A DNA stretch of 60,600 bases from an uncultured bacterium (GCA_964460305.1 CAYWRA010000003.1:1-60600); one strand, 5' to 3'; positions 9,512 to 19,690 are shown, counted from the stretch's first letter. Made by a program: numbers and translations. The notes: generated by a model from the sequence alone, not told the origin.

Positions 9512-10486
9512 TTATACAACCTTCAAATTCAGCTCGTCAGAAGAAGGGCTGAGGATGCGCAACGTCTTGACCGCTCCGTCACGCGCGCACTCGATGATTA
9601 TCGTCTCCCCTTGGCCGGCGTCGCTATAGCGCGCGCATAGGCGGGCTGCGTCGGTGATGTCCTCATCACTTCCACCGCCGGGCAGAATGACCGTTGGTCC
9701 GGGGATGTCGCGGGGGGTGAGAAACACGTCCCCTTCCCGCGCTAATGCATCGAGTTTATTGTTCTCTGCCTCATTCCTTCCGACGACCACCTTACAGCCG
9801 CTTTCAAGGCGGAAATGGCGGCCCACTTTCAGCAGTTGTATCCCCCGCACGTCGTCCAGCCCCTCACGATCGCGTAGATCCTTGAGTCGCCTGGAAAACA
9901 CGGGATCGGTCAGGAGACAGCCGCCGGCTGGCTGCATATATCCGGTAAGCCCATACTTTTTCGCAAGCTCTATCTGCGGCTTTCGGGTCCGGCCGTGGAG
10001 GGCAAGGAGTTTTTCCCTGTCCACCCTCCCCTGCTTTTCCGGTATTGTCTCATCGAGCAATTTTGCGCTCAACGGCCTGAGGAGACAGCCTACACAACAG
10101 GATTCCCGTTCGACGATGCCCAGCGCCTGCCTGTTCTGCGACATCGGCCGTTCGTTCAACACCTCGCCGGTAAAGATGAAATCGAACTTTTGCTCTTCCA
10201 TAATGCCACGGGCGATCCTTACCATAAGCGCATGACAATCGATGCAGGGGTTCATCTGCGAGCCGAAACCGTGCTTCGGCTTTTTCATGACTTCGAGGTG
10301 GGGGGTGGTAATATCCCTGACCACAAGCTGGAGCCCGAGATGTAGCGCCGCCTGCCTCGCCTTCTCAGCACTGAAGAAAGGCGTCTCGAAGGCGATGCCG
10401 GTCACTGCGATACCCTGCTCACGCAGCACGCAGGCGGCCAGGACGCTGTCCAGGCCGCCTGAGAATAATCCGAGAGCTTTGACCAT
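9512..10486 (-). CDS. PP-loop tRNA sulfurtransferase (ThiI/MnmA-like) with a C-terminal DUF814/NFACT-R-like domain
   Basis: ALGLFSGGLDS PP-loop, NPCIDCH, TGEVLNERPMSQ, PAGGCLLTD, GRHFRL and VVGRNEAEN. Confidence 0.75.
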   Translation of the reverse strand: MVKALGLFSGGLDSVLAACVLREQGIAVTGIAFETPFFSAEKARQAALHLGLQLVVRDITTPHLEVMKKPKHGFGSQMNPCIDCHALMVRIARGIMEEQKFDFIFTGEVLNERPMSQNRQALGIVERESCCVGCLLRPLSAKLLDETIPEKQGRVDREKLLALHGRTRKPQIELAKKYGLTGYMQPAGGCLLTDPVFSRRLKDLRDREGLDDVRGIQLLKVGRHFRLESGCKVVVGRNEAENNKLDALAREGDVFLTPRDIPGPTVILPGGGSDEDITDAARLCARYSDAGQGETIIIECARDGAVKTLRILSPSSDELNLKVV

Positions 10487-10496
10487 ATATATAATC

Positions 10497-10604
10497 CCCA
10501 AATCCCAAGCTGCGTTGGGCGTGGGGAGTGGGGCGTTAAGCGGAAATACCAATTACGCCATCACGCCCTACGCCTTACGCCGACACGCATTATCCCCTCC
10601 CCCG
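10497..10604. repeat. 108-bp dispersed hairpin repeat, copy 1
   Basis: Matches 18000-18107 with 2 mismatches. Confidence 0.92.
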
Positions 10605-10639
10605 AAGGAGCCCCGTTGGGGTGCGTTCTCCGCGCCTCC

Positions 10640-10687
10640 GCGGTGAAATTTAATGAACCTGTCAATAGATGAGGTTTGACCCTGACG
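10640..10687. repeat. 48-bp perfect inverted repeat, right copy
   Basis: Reverse complement of 8318-8365. Confidence 0.95.
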
Positions 10688-10689
10688 CC

Positions 10690-11979
10690 TTAAAGGGATC
10701 TGACGAACTGCTGCCCGAGGGCGGCGCAGTTATTCATGTTGCGGTCATACGGATAGATCTGGCTCGTGTTCACCAGATAGAGCCTGTCAAGGGGGGAGGC
10801 AAAGGGAGGCATTTTCGACCGGTAGCCGAGGGTGTAGATGACCGTGCCGTAATCGGCGCGGTGGAGATGCACCTTCTTCACCCACTCGCCGCGAAACTCC
10901 GGATTGATACGGCTTATGGACGCCTTGTGCGCCGCGAAGTATTCCTCGGCGTTCATCCTAAAGTACGGATTGTCCGCGCTCAAGTAATTGAATAGATAGA
11001 TGATTCTCTTGCCGCCGTACTGGCCGGGATCGACGAAATTCGTGTGTTCGATAAGCCCCCCGAACGTCATCTCCGGATCGCTGATGTTGAGCCAGTAGAC
11101 GGGGCTTATGGACCGCTCGCATTCCATTATCAGGCATGTCACAGCCTGGTAGCGGATGCTTTCGAGCCGCGCCTGGTAATCTTCGGGCAGCGGCGGGGCG
11201 ATCTTGAGCAGCGCCGGGATTGCGACTGTGGATACTACGAGGTCTGAAAAAAGCTCCTGCCCCCTGGCGATGACCCCCTTGGCGGTGTTCCGTTCCTGTA
11301 TGATGTACTCCACCTGCGCCCCCTCCACCACCTCTCCGCCGAGCGATACGATCTCTTCCTTCATCCTCTCGATCATGAGCTCGAATCCGCCCAGGAGGTA
11401 TCCCAGCTCTTCCCGCATGCCCCCCTTGCTCCTTGAGCGGGCGCGTGGGTGGATCCGCCCCCATATCCATGACGCCGGAATGCGGTCATGGGCATCGCCG
11501 AACTTCAGGCGGAGAAGCGGTTCCCAAACCGTCTCGTATGCCGCGCGGCTCACGTGTTCGGAAAACCAGTCCCTACAGGTAACGGATTCCAGCGCCTCCC
11601 AGTTTTTCACGTGCTGGAAATGGAGGACGGCGAGGCCGAGCTTTATCCGGTCTTTGAAGCTTAAGGGAGAGAACTTGAGGAGCTCTAACGGCGTGGTAAA
11701 GCGATGGATCGCGCCCTTGTGGAAAAACCCGATGGAGGACGGCCGCCAGATGAGCCTGTCTTTGAGCCCCAATTCGTCGATCCAAGCTAAGATCGCCGTG
11801 TCGGTCTTGAAGATGTGGTGGTAAAAATGCTCCAGCCAAACGTCCCCGATACGAAGCGAACCCGCGAGGCCGCCGACCCTAGCCTCCTTCTCAAAAATCG
11901 TTACCCGGTAGCCCTTCTTCGCGAGTTCGTAGCCTACGCTTAAGCCGGTGATACCCCCGCCGATAACAGTCGCTCTCAT
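10690..11979 (-). CDS. NAD(P)/FAD-dependent oxidoreductase (HemY/amine-oxidase-like fold)
   Basis: VIGGGITGL dinucleotide motif, FEKEARVGGLA, LEHFYHHIF. Confidence 0.8.
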   Translation of the reverse strand: MRATVIGGGITGLSVGYELAKKGYRVTIFEKEARVGGLAGSLRIGDVWLEHFYHHIFKTDTAILAWIDELGLKDRLIWRPSSIGFFHKGAIHRFTTPLELLKFSPLSFKDRIKLGLAVLHFQHVKNWEALESVTCRDWFSEHVSRAAYETVWEPLLRLKFGDAHDRIPASWIWGRIHPRARSRSKGGMREELGYLLGGFELMIERMKEEIVSLGGEVVEGAQVEYIIQERNTAKGVIARGQELFSDLVVSTVAIPALLKIAPPLPEDYQARLESIRYQAVTCLIMECERSISPVYWLNISDPEMTFGGLIEHTNFVDPGQYGGKRIIYLFNYLSADNPYFRMNAEEYFAAHKASISRINPEFRGEWVKKVHLHRADYGTVIYTLGYRSKMPPFASPLDRLYLVNTSQIYPYDRNMNNCAALGQQFVRSL

Positions 11980-12959
11980 GCCTTTCGAACCTCCTCGATC
12001 TCCCTCAGGCTCCAGCCGCTAGCGTTCATATAGTAAAGGCCGAGGACGGTTACGGAAACGTATTGTAGCGCATGCACGACGATGATATAGCCTATCGCCG
12101 CGTCCTTGCCCACGCCGAACGGCGCGAGAGCGGCTACGGCGGGCAAGTCAAAGGTGCCGATGTAACCGGGCATCGCCGGGACCATGATGGCGATATTGAC
12201 GATCACCAGCGTGAAAAAAGCGGCGTAGGCGGGGGCGTTGAGATGGAAGCCCCTCATGACGCACAAAAACACGCATCCCTCGATAAACCATATAAGCGCC
12301 GAGTACGCAACCACCACCGCCTGCCGTTTCCCCGACGAAAGGAAATGGAGCCCCGGGAGGAAAGAGTCCACCAAACCGTCCACGCGGGTGTGTAGCCGCC
12401 GCGGCAGGATTTTGGTCGCGCGTTTGATCATCGCGCCCGCCGCCTCCTGCCTGAACGCGGCGTACAGCAACAACCCGAACGCACCGAGGAAGATCGGCGC
12501 ACCTAAGCCAGCGTACCTCTTAACCTCCGCACTTGTCGCGCTGAACAGCAGCACGAACACGAAGAGCCCGACGAGCGTCAGGCCGTCGTAGACCCTCTCC
12601 ACGACTATTGTGGCGAACCCCGCGCTGCCGCTTATCCCCTCTTTTCTCTTGATCGCCCACGCTCGCACAAGCTCGCCCATGCGGAGCGGCAGGATGTTGT
12701 TGGCCATGAAACCGATCATCACCACGCTGAACGAGCTCTTAAAGCTCACCCTCTTCAGGGGGGCGAGCATGCACTGCCACCGGAAGCCGCGGAAGACAAA
12801 CCCGGTGATGTAGAGAGCGAGGGCCGGAACCAGATAGACGTAATCGAAGCTCCTGAGCTCGGAGGCGACCGTGCGCCAGTCGAACGTGAACACGATCACG
12901 ATCACCACCGCGAGGCTGACGGCGTAGCCGATGTAGTTGCGGACGTTCTTCACTTTCAA
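11976..12959 (-). CDS. Lysylphosphatidylglycerol-synthase TM-domain (UPF0104, flippase-like) membrane protein
   Basis: FRGFRWQCML, IGFMANNILPLRMGELVRA, TIVVERVYD, PAMPGYIGTFD. Confidence 0.85.
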   Translation of the reverse strand: MKVKNVRNYIGYAVSLAVVIVIVFTFDWRTVASELRSFDYVYLVPALALYITGFVFRGFRWQCMLAPLKRVSFKSSFSVVMIGFMANNILPLRMGELVRAWAIKRKEGISGSAGFATIVVERVYDGLTLVGLFVFVLLFSATSAEVKRYAGLGAPIFLGAFGLLLYAAFRQEAAGAMIKRATKILPRRLHTRVDGLVDSFLPGLHFLSSGKRQAVVVAYSALIWFIEGCVFLCVMRGFHLNAPAYAAFFTLVIVNIAIMVPAMPGYIGTFDLPAVAALAPFGVGKDAAIGYIIVVHALQYVSVTVLGLYYMNASGWSLREIEEVRKA

Positions 12960-14644
12960 GCTCCCACCGCCGCCGGTTCCCGTTCGTCCCTCGCCTTCAC
13001 GATATCGAAGTTATGCCGGATGAAGAACACGATGCCAAGCAGCGTCACCGGAATGTACTGGGCCGCGTGCAGCGCGATCGAATATCCCACCACCAACGCC
13101 GGATCGATCGTTGCAAGCTGGAGGAGGGCGACTTTGCAGAACCACTCGAACGTCCCAACGTATCCTATCGAGGGAACGATCAAACCGAGATTGACGATGC
13201 AGAGGACGAAGAACGGCGCGTACGCCGGGAGGACGAGATGGAACGCCTTCAGGAAGCAGGAATACATGCCGGCCTCGGCGCACCAGACAAGGATCGAGAG
13301 CCCGAATGCCGCAACCATCAGCTTCTCGTGGAGCAACACGTCAAGCCCCTTGATGAAGTTACTGATGACGAACTGCCCCTCGGCCTTGAGGTACTTCTGC
13401 CCGATGTTGTCGATGAGCCGGTAGATGCCCATCTGCCTGCCGAGCGCCCTTCCCGCAACGAGATAGAAGAGGACGATAAAAAGGAAGAAGAAGATAAATA
13501 TGCCGAGGACGAAAATCTGGTTGATGATCGGCTTGAAGCTCACGAACATGAAAATGATGGCGAGGAAAAAGATGAGCGTAAGCCCATCGATAAGCCGCTC
13601 CACCACGATCGTGGCGAAGCAAAGGCTCTTGGAGAAGCGGTGCACCCGGCCGAAATCATAAGCCCTTACAAGCTCCCCCATCCTTATCGGCAGGACGTTA
13701 TTCGCCATCCAACCGATCACGATCCCCGAGAAGAGTTCGCCGATCCTGAATTTCCTCTCAGGCAGGAGTAGTATGCGCCAGCGGATGCTCCTGAACCAGA
13801 AGCTGATGGCGTAGGCAAGCACGCCGAGCCAGATCCAACTCCGCTCCGCCTTTCCGATCTCCCTCACGAAGCCGTGGTAATCAAAGTTTTTGATGAACAG
13901 TACGATGAAGGCGGCGCTCACCAGCGAGCTGAAAATCAGCTTTTTCCAGTTGACCCTGAAGATGTGGAGCCAGAGGTGCGAGAGTTCGCGCAGGGTGCGG
14001 AAGACGTCGTGCGGCGAGACCGTCGATTTCCCTTTCGTTCGCGGCAGGTGCGTGACGCCGGTTTCGACGATCTTCAGCCCCGACCGCTTGGCCTTGACCA
14101 GAATCTCGGTGTCCACGAGGAAGCGCTCCGACTTGATCTCCACTCGATCGAATACCGAGCGCCTGAAAAGCTTGAAGGCGCAATCGATGTCGCGGACTTT
14201 CAGGCCGAATATGAGGCGGATGATGAAATTATAGACGCGGGAAACGAATTTCCTGAGCGGTTTGTCCTGCCGGTCCGCGCGGTATCCCACCACCATGTCC
14301 ACCTCCTCCTTTATGAGGGGGAGCATCTTTTTGAGGTCGTGGATGTCAAACTGGTTATCGCCATCGGTGTAAAGGATGAGGTCTTTCCGAGCTCCCAGGA
14401 AACCCGTCTTGAGCGCGGTGCCATAGCCGAGATTGTGCGGGTGGTGGATCACGCGCACGTGACTGTGCTCGCGGGCGAGCCGGTCGGCGATTTCGGCGGT
14501 GCGGTCCGTGGACCCGTCGTCAACGATGACGACTTCGTAGTCGTCGCATATTTCGCTTAGTACCCGATCGACGTCGAGCGCCTGTTGCTCTACGTTTTCC
14601 TCCTCGTTGTAGCAGGGAAAGAAAACAGTGATGGAAGGTTTCAT
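12956..14644 (-). CDS. GT2 polyprenyl-phosphate glycosyltransferase fused to an LPG-synthase TM domain (AglD-like architecture)
   Basis: FPCYNEE, IVDDGSTD, YTDGDNQF and DIDCAFKLFRR (DPM1-like); C-terminal half has RSIRWRILL and GWMANNVLPIRMGELVRA. Confidence 0.88.
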   Translation of the reverse strand: MKPSITVFFPCYNEEENVEQQALDVDRVLSEICDDYEVVIVDDGSTDRTAEIADRLAREHSHVRVIHHPHNLGYGTALKTGFLGARKDLILYTDGDNQFDIHDLKKMLPLIKEEVDMVVGYRADRQDKPLRKFVSRVYNFIIRLIFGLKVRDIDCAFKLFRRSVFDRVEIKSERFLVDTEILVKAKRSGLKIVETGVTHLPRTKGKSTVSPHDVFRTLRELSHLWLHIFRVNWKKLIFSSLVSAAFIVLFIKNFDYHGFVREIGKAERSWIWLGVLAYAISFWFRSIRWRILLLPERKFRIGELFSGIVIGWMANNVLPIRMGELVRAYDFGRVHRFSKSLCFATIVVERLIDGLTLIFFLAIIFMFVSFKPIINQIFVLGIFIFFFLFIVLFYLVAGRALGRQMGIYRLIDNIGQKYLKAEGQFVISNFIKGLDVLLHEKLMVAAFGLSILVWCAEAGMYSCFLKAFHLVLPAYAPFFVLCIVNLGLIVPSIGYVGTFEWFCKVALLQLATIDPALVVGYSIALHAAQYIPVTLLGIVFFIRHNFDIVKARDEREPAAVGA

Positions 14645-14796
14645 AGTTGGCCTCGTGCCCGTTATTTCAGATTGACCTTATTCGTTCGCGCCCGATATTC
14701 CCGATGACCTGATAGAACCGGATTCCGACTGTCGCCGGAATGACATGCTGCGCGCATCAGATGAATAGACGCGCCTGACAGGATGAACAATCCAGC

Positions 14797-15735
14797 TTAT
14801 TTCAACACTTTCCGGAAATACTCTATCGTCTCCCGGAGCCCCTCCTCCAGGCCCACCTTCGGCTCCCAGTGGAGATCCTTCTTGGCCTTGCTGATGTCCG
14901 GCTGGCGCACCCTGGGATCGTCGACGGGGAGCGGCTTGTGGACAATCGTGCTCTTGCTCCCAGTGAGGCGGAGGATCTCCTCCGCAAAATTCATCACGGT
15001 CATCTCCCGTGGGTTGCCGATGTTCACCGGATCGTTGACGCCCGACATTGCGAGCCGGTAAATCCCCTCGATCAAATCCGAGACGTAACAGAAACTGCGC
15101 GTCTGGGACCCGTCGCCGAAAACGGTAAGCGGCTCACCCCTTAGCGCCTGGCAGATGAGGGATGGAACCACCCGCCCGTCATTCGCCCTCATTCGAGGAC
15201 CGTAGGTGTTGAATATCCTGGCGATCTTGGTGTCGACGTGGTGGTACCGTTGATAGGCCATCGTCATCGCCTCGGCGAATCTCTTCGCCTCGTCATACAC
15301 CCCGCGCGGCCCGATCGGGTTGACGTTTCCCCAATAGCTCTCCGGTTGCGGGTGGAGGAGCGGGTCGCCGTACACCTCGGAGGTGGAGGCAAGGAGGAAC
15401 TTTGCCCCTTTCGATTTTGCGAGACCGAGGGTCTTGTGCGTGCCGAGGGCGCCCACCTTAAGGGTTGGGATGGGGAACTCGAGATAATCGATCGGGCTTG
15501 CGGGAGAGGCGAAGTGGAAGATGTAGAATATGCTCCCCTCCAGGTAGAGATAGTCCGTCACGTTCTGCTTGATGAAGGTGAAATCCTCGTTACCGGCGAG
15601 ATGCTCTATGTTCCTTATGCTGCCCGTCAAAAGGTTGTCGAGGCAGACGACCGAATAACCCTCCGCGAGCAAGCGGTCGCACAGGTGCGAACCGAGGAAC
15701 CCAGCCCCGCCCGTCACTACGCACGTTTTTTTCAT
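14797..15735 (-). CDS. UDP-glucuronate decarboxylase / UDP-xylose synthase-like SDR
   Basis: [45 protein letters not shown]. Confidence 0.9.
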   Translation of the reverse strand: MKKTCVVTGGAGFLGSHLCDRLLAEGYSVVCLDNLLTGSIRNIEHLAGNEDFTFIKQNVTDYLYLEGSIFYIFHFASPASPIDYLEFPIPTLKVGALGTHKTLGLAKSKGAKFLLASTSEVYGDPLLHPQPESYWGNVNPIGPRGVYDEAKRFAEAMTMAYQRYHHVDTKIARIFNTYGPRMRANDGRVVPSLICQALRGEPLTVFGDGSQTRSFCYVSDLIEGIYRLAMSGVNDPVNIGNPREMTVMNFAEEILRLTGSKSTIVHKPLPVDDPRVRQPDISKAKKDLHWEPKVGLEEGLRETIEYFRKVLK

Positions 15736-15750
15736 CCAGCCCTCCCGTCG

Positions 15751-16638
15751 CTACCGTAAAACAAGTATCAATCCAACCGACACCGCCCAGAGAATGACGT
15801 CGGCCATCAACGGCCTGTCGGAAAGGAGCGTAATCTCAGGGCTCCCTCCCCCCTCTTTATGGTGCACCAGCCACAGATATCTGAAGATGCCATAGAGCAC
15901 GAAAGGAATGGTCAAATACAATTTGTCGCTCACGTCGTGCATGGTCCGCGGAGAAAGGGTATAGAGGACGTAAGCCATCAGCGTCGATGAGGTCACCACG
16001 GCGATCATCTGATCAAGGAGATAAGTCGAATACTCTTCAAGAATGGGCCTGTGCTGGGGAGCGTCTCCTTCAAGAAGCACAAGCTCGTGCCTCCGTTTGC
16101 TCAGCGCGAGGAAGAGCGCGAGGAGTATTGTGCAGATAAGGAGCCAGGGGGAGATTTCCACGCCTATCGCCACGCCGCCAGCAACCGCCCTGAGGACAAA
16201 ACCTATTGCGATCACGAGGACGTCGACGATGACCACGTGCTTCAATAGAAACGAATAGGCGAACAGGAGCAGAAAATATACAAGGGATACCACGCCGAAT
16301 TGCGTCCCTATAAGGAACGCGGCGATAAGCGAGGCGATGGCCATGAATACCGCCGCGGTGGCGGCGGCCGACGGCTTCAGCCTTCCCGATGCAATAGGTC
16401 GCTGCCTCTTGAGCTCATGGCATTTGTCCTCATTGATATCGGCGATATCGTTGAGTATGTAAATCGTCCCGGAAATCGCACAGAAGATCACAAATGCCGC
16501 GCATACAGTTATGACGTCCAGTGGACTGACGAATCTCCTTGCAAAGAGGAGACCGGCAAAGATAATCAGGTTCTTCATCCACTGTCGAGGCCGCATCGCC
16601 TCGATGATCAAAAGCGCGGTGCTCTCACCCATTCTCAT
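15751..16638 (-). CDS. UbiA-family decaprenyl-phosphate phosphoribosyltransferase-like protein
   Basis: RPRQWMKNL, YILNDIADINEDKCHELKRQRPIASG, SKRRHEL, YGIFRY. Confidence 0.88.
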   Translation of the reverse strand: MRMGESTALLIIEAMRPRQWMKNLIIFAGLLFARRFVSPLDVITVCAAFVIFCAISGTIYILNDIADINEDKCHELKRQRPIASGRLKPSAAATAAVFMAIASLIAAFLIGTQFGVVSLVYFLLLFAYSFLLKHVVIVDVLVIAIGFVLRAVAGGVAIGVEISPWLLICTILLALFLALSKRRHELVLLEGDAPQHRPILEEYSTYLLDQMIAVVTSSTLMAYVLYTLSPRTMHDVSDKLYLTIPFVLYGIFRYLWLVHHKEGGGSPEITLLSDRPLMADVILWAVSVGLILVLR

Positions 16639-16742
16639 CCCTTATTACTTACCACTACGATTGCTTCGTCGCTACGCTCCATCGCAAATTGTAAATTGAG
16701 AATGCGGCATTCCAACCTGATCTATTCACCAATGTGAAGCTA

Positions 16743-16818
16743 TGGTGGAGCAGATGGGATTCGAACCCACGACCCCCACGTTGCGAACGTGGTGCTCTCC
16801 CAACTGAGCTACTGCCCC
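16743..16818 (-). tRNA. tRNA-Ala (anticodon CGC)
   Basis: GGGGCAGTAGCTCAGTTGGGAGAGC...CCACG-TTCGCAA-CGTGG...GGTTCGAATCCC...CTCCACCA; 76 nt with a G3-U70 pair. Confidence 0.97.
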
Positions 16819-16889
16819 ACATGATGAAATACCAAATGACAAAACTCGATAACTCTCCCGGTAACTCCCCACTCCCCACGCCTAACGCC

Positions 16890-17717
16890 TTACGCACTAG
16901 GCCGTTCCATCAACCAGGCTCCCCAAACACAGATCTCGTACAGCAACAGCAACGGTATCGCCATGATAATCTGGGAAACCGCGTCGGGGCCTGGGGTCAT
17001 GACTGCCGCCAAAATGAATACGAGTACTATAACATATCTCCTTTTTTCACTCAATAGCCGGTAGTTAAGGACCCCCATCCCGACAAGCAGAAGGATGATC
17101 AGCGGGAACTCGAAGACAAGGCCAAAAGCAATCAACATGCGGCTTACAAAGGTAACGTACTCGTTGATCGTCCACAGATTGCCTATTCCCAAAAGCCTGT
17201 TGAAACTCCAGAAAAATCGGATCGTCCATGGCAGCGTGGTGAAATAACAGAAGGCCATACCGGCATAGAACATGAGCGTGCCGCCGCCGAGGAGGGGGCC
17301 GAAATAGCGCCGCTCTTTCCGCGTGAGGGCCGGGAGGATGAAGATGCCGAGGATGTAAAAAAGCACCGGGAGCGATATAACGAGAGCGGCTTCAGCCGAG
17401 ACCCTCATGGCTACCGCGATGCCTCCCGCCGGAGAAAGCGTCGGCAGGAGCGCCGCCGCCTGCCCGCCTCCCTCCCGGTGAATGACGAGCATAAGCGGCC
17501 GCTTCAGGAAATCGAGGATATACCCGCGAAGCGTCAGCGGAACCGATATCAGGAAAGCACACCCAAATGCGCACAGCAACTTGATGATCGTGCGTCTCAG
17601 GTCTTCAAGGTGTTCGATGAAAGGCTTTTCCTCAAGCTTTTCGGCGCTGGAGGCTGGACTCATTTCATCACGCTCTTCGACGCGCGCCGCGTCAGGAGGT
17701 CGGCGGTTTTTTCTCAT
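16890..17717 (-). CDS. tatC: Twin-arginine translocase subunit TatC
   Basis: [25 protein letters not shown] and [13 protein letters not shown]. Confidence 0.95.
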   Translation of the reverse strand: MRKNRRPPDAARVEERDEMSPASSAEKLEEKPFIEHLEDLRRTIIKLLCAFGCAFLISVPLTLRGYILDFLKRPLMLVIHREGGGQAAALLPTLSPAGGIAVAMRVSAEAALVISLPVLFYILGIFILPALTRKERRYFGPLLGGGTLMFYAGMAFCYFTTLPWTIRFFWSFNRLLGIGNLWTINEYVTFVSRMLIAFGLVFEFPLIILLLVGMGVLNYRLLSEKRRYVIVLVFILAAVMTPGPDAVSQIIMAIPLLLLYEICVWGAWLMERPSA

Positions 17718-17907
17718 CCGGCGTGGATTCTCTCTCGCCTTCCTCCCCCTCCTTCACACCCTTCTTGAACTCCTTAACACCCTTCCCAAGGCTCCTCATT
17801 ACTTCAGGGAGTCTCTTGGCGCCGAACAAGAGGAGGATGATAAACAATATGACAATGAGCTCCGGGAGCCCTATGTTTTGAAGAAATGCGAGCGGCATGC
17901 GTATCAT
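17692..17907 (-). CDS. tatA: Twin-arginine translocase subunit TatA
   Basis: [39 protein letters not shown]. Confidence 0.95.
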   Translation of the reverse strand: MIRMPLAFLQNIGLPELIVILFIILLLFGAKRLPEVMRSLGKGVKEFKKGVKEGEEGERESTPDEKKPPTS

Positions 17908-17999
17908 CGGCCATTTCTCCTTTCAGTATCGCGACAATAGCAACTTTCGGTGATTATAATTATGGTACCAAAGACCGGGGAGATACCGATATCAGAAAT

Positions 18000-18107
18000 C
18001 CCAAATCCCAAGCTGCGTTGGGCGTGGGGAGTGGGGCGTTAGGCGGAAATACCAATTACACCATCACGCCCTACGCCTTACGCCGACACGCATTATCCCC
18101 TCCCCCG
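18000..18107. repeat. 108-bp dispersed hairpin repeat, copy 2
   Basis: Matches 10497-10604 with 2 mismatches. Confidence 0.92.
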
Positions 18108-18243
18108 GAGGGGCCTCTTTCCCAACGGGATCCCTTTGGGACGGGGCTCGACGATCCGCGGCAAAAAACTCATAAATCAGGTAAATCGGGTGTTCGATAA
18201 TCTCTTGTGCCAATCTTGTTAAATCTCGTGGTTCCAATCCGGG

Positions 18244-19362
18244 TTATACACCGTTCAGCGCCACGAAAGTCTGCCCGACGCAGATACCCAGATCGTTCAG
18301 CGGGACGTCCCTGCTCTCAAGCAGGGTAAATCCCCCCTCCCTCAACAACCTCGACACGTTCTCGTAAAGGAGCCTATTCTGGAAAACGCCGCCGCTTAAG
18401 ACTATCGTATCGAGCCCGAGCTCGCTTTGGAGCCGGCGCGCTATCTCCACAACGAGCCTTGCAATAGAATTGTGGAACTTGCGCGCAATTCGCTCCGGAG
18501 GCACCTGCGCCGCCATATCACAGACCAGCCCATCAAGCATCTCTCCGAAACCGATGACGTAAACGTCCTTACCCTGGATATCAAAATCATAACTCCCGCT
18601 CTCCTCCGTCTGCGAAGCCCTTTCCTCCAATTTGATCGCGGCTTCCGCCTCATAGCCGGCCACCTGGACAAACCCAAGGAGGGAGGATACGGCGTCGAAG
18701 AGCCTGCCGCAGCTCGAAGTGAGGGGGACGTTTATACCTTTGTCGATTGCGCGCTTCAAAAATTCGAGTTCCTGCTTCGTTTTTCCCCTTAGAAAATCAA
18801 ATCGCATCTCGAATATCTCGTCTCCCAGATGCTCGTACATCATGCCGAAGATCATCCTCCACGGCTCTCTGACCGCCGCTTCCCCTCCGGGCATTTTCAT
18901 GTACTCGAAATGGGCGCGCCTGGAAAAACCGGTGCGGGAAACAACCAGGAACTCACCTCCCCATAAATTTCCGTCCGTCCCATACCCCGTGCCGTCAAAA
19001 CTGACGCCGATAACCGGTCTCTCGAGCTCGAACTGGGCCATAACGCTAGCGACATGGGCATGGTGGTGCTGCACGCCCATCCGTGAAACGCCGTCGAACA
19101 TATGCATGGGCCGTGAGGAGAGATACATCGGATGCAGGTCGTGCGCGACGAGTTTGGGAAAAATGCGCGCATTCGCCGTCATCTCCTCGACCGAGCGGAG
19201 GAATCGCGCATAGCTGTCGGGATTCGAGAGATCGCCATTTTCTCCAGAATAATGCAGCCGTCCCCCCTCGAAGAGGGAGAACCTGTTTTTTACGTCCGCC
19301 CCGCAGGCGAAGACAGGGCATCCCTTGTCGATCAAGCCCTTGAGTTTTATGCCGTGTGCCAT
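18244..19362 (-). CDS. hypF: Short HypF: C-terminal carbamoyltransferase (Kae1-like) part only
   Basis: AHDLHPMYLS, VQHHHAH, FDGTGYGTDGNLWGGEF, TSSCGRLFDAV, LSGGVFQN and PLNDLGICVGQ. No acylphosphatase, Zn-finger or YrdC domain; the ATG at 19362 has its own GGAG RBS. Confidence 0.8.
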   Translation of the reverse strand: MAHGIKLKGLIDKGCPVFACGADVKNRFSLFEGGRLHYSGENGDLSNPDSYARFLRSVEEMTANARIFPKLVAHDLHPMYLSSRPMHMFDGVSRMGVQHHHAHVASVMAQFELERPVIGVSFDGTGYGTDGNLWGGEFLVVSRTGFSRRAHFEYMKMPGGEAAVREPWRMIFGMMYEHLGDEIFEMRFDFLRGKTKQELEFLKRAIDKGINVPLTSSCGRLFDAVSSLLGFVQVAGYEAEAAIKLEERASQTEESGSYDFDIQGKDVYVIGFGEMLDGLVCDMAAQVPPERIARKFHNSIARLVVEIARRLQSELGLDTIVLSGGVFQNRLLYENVSRLLREGGFTLLESRDVPLNDLGICVGQTFVALNGV

Positions 19363-19419
19363 ATTGCCGCTCTCCTGTGAGACCACAATATCAATTATAA
19401 CCACTATGGTAGTTTTTCA

Positions 19420-19690
19420 CCACAGAGACACGCCCCAAGGGGGCCTCTTTGGGGGAGAGCACGGAGAGAGACACAGAGAGATTAGATTTTCACAAAGAGT
19501 AAAAGAGAGGGAAGAGAGGCCAGGGAGACCGCTGGAATCTACGGATTGACACGGAGAATTTGCCGCTGATTGACGCGCCCCGTCCCAAAGAGATCCCGTT
19601 GGGAAAGGGATCCCTTTGGGGCGTGGTTAAAATCAATCTGTGGTCCTCAGTGGCCTCAGTGCCTTCTCTGTGCACTCTGTGGTTATCGTT
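19420..19690. repeat. Nested palindromic repeat cluster in the divergent hypF/ppx spacer
   Basis: caccacagagacac..., CCCAAGGGG/CTTTGGGG, cacaaagagtaaaagaga, CCCAAAGAGATCCCGTTGGGAAAGGGATCCCTTTGGG, ...ctctgtgcactctgtggtt. Confidence 0.75.

Noticed and set aside
18200-18222. TGGCAC as a sigma54 -24 box
   Set aside because: There is no TTGC at -12, and the sequence belongs to the 'gattagcacaagatt' repeat family also seen at about 58920.
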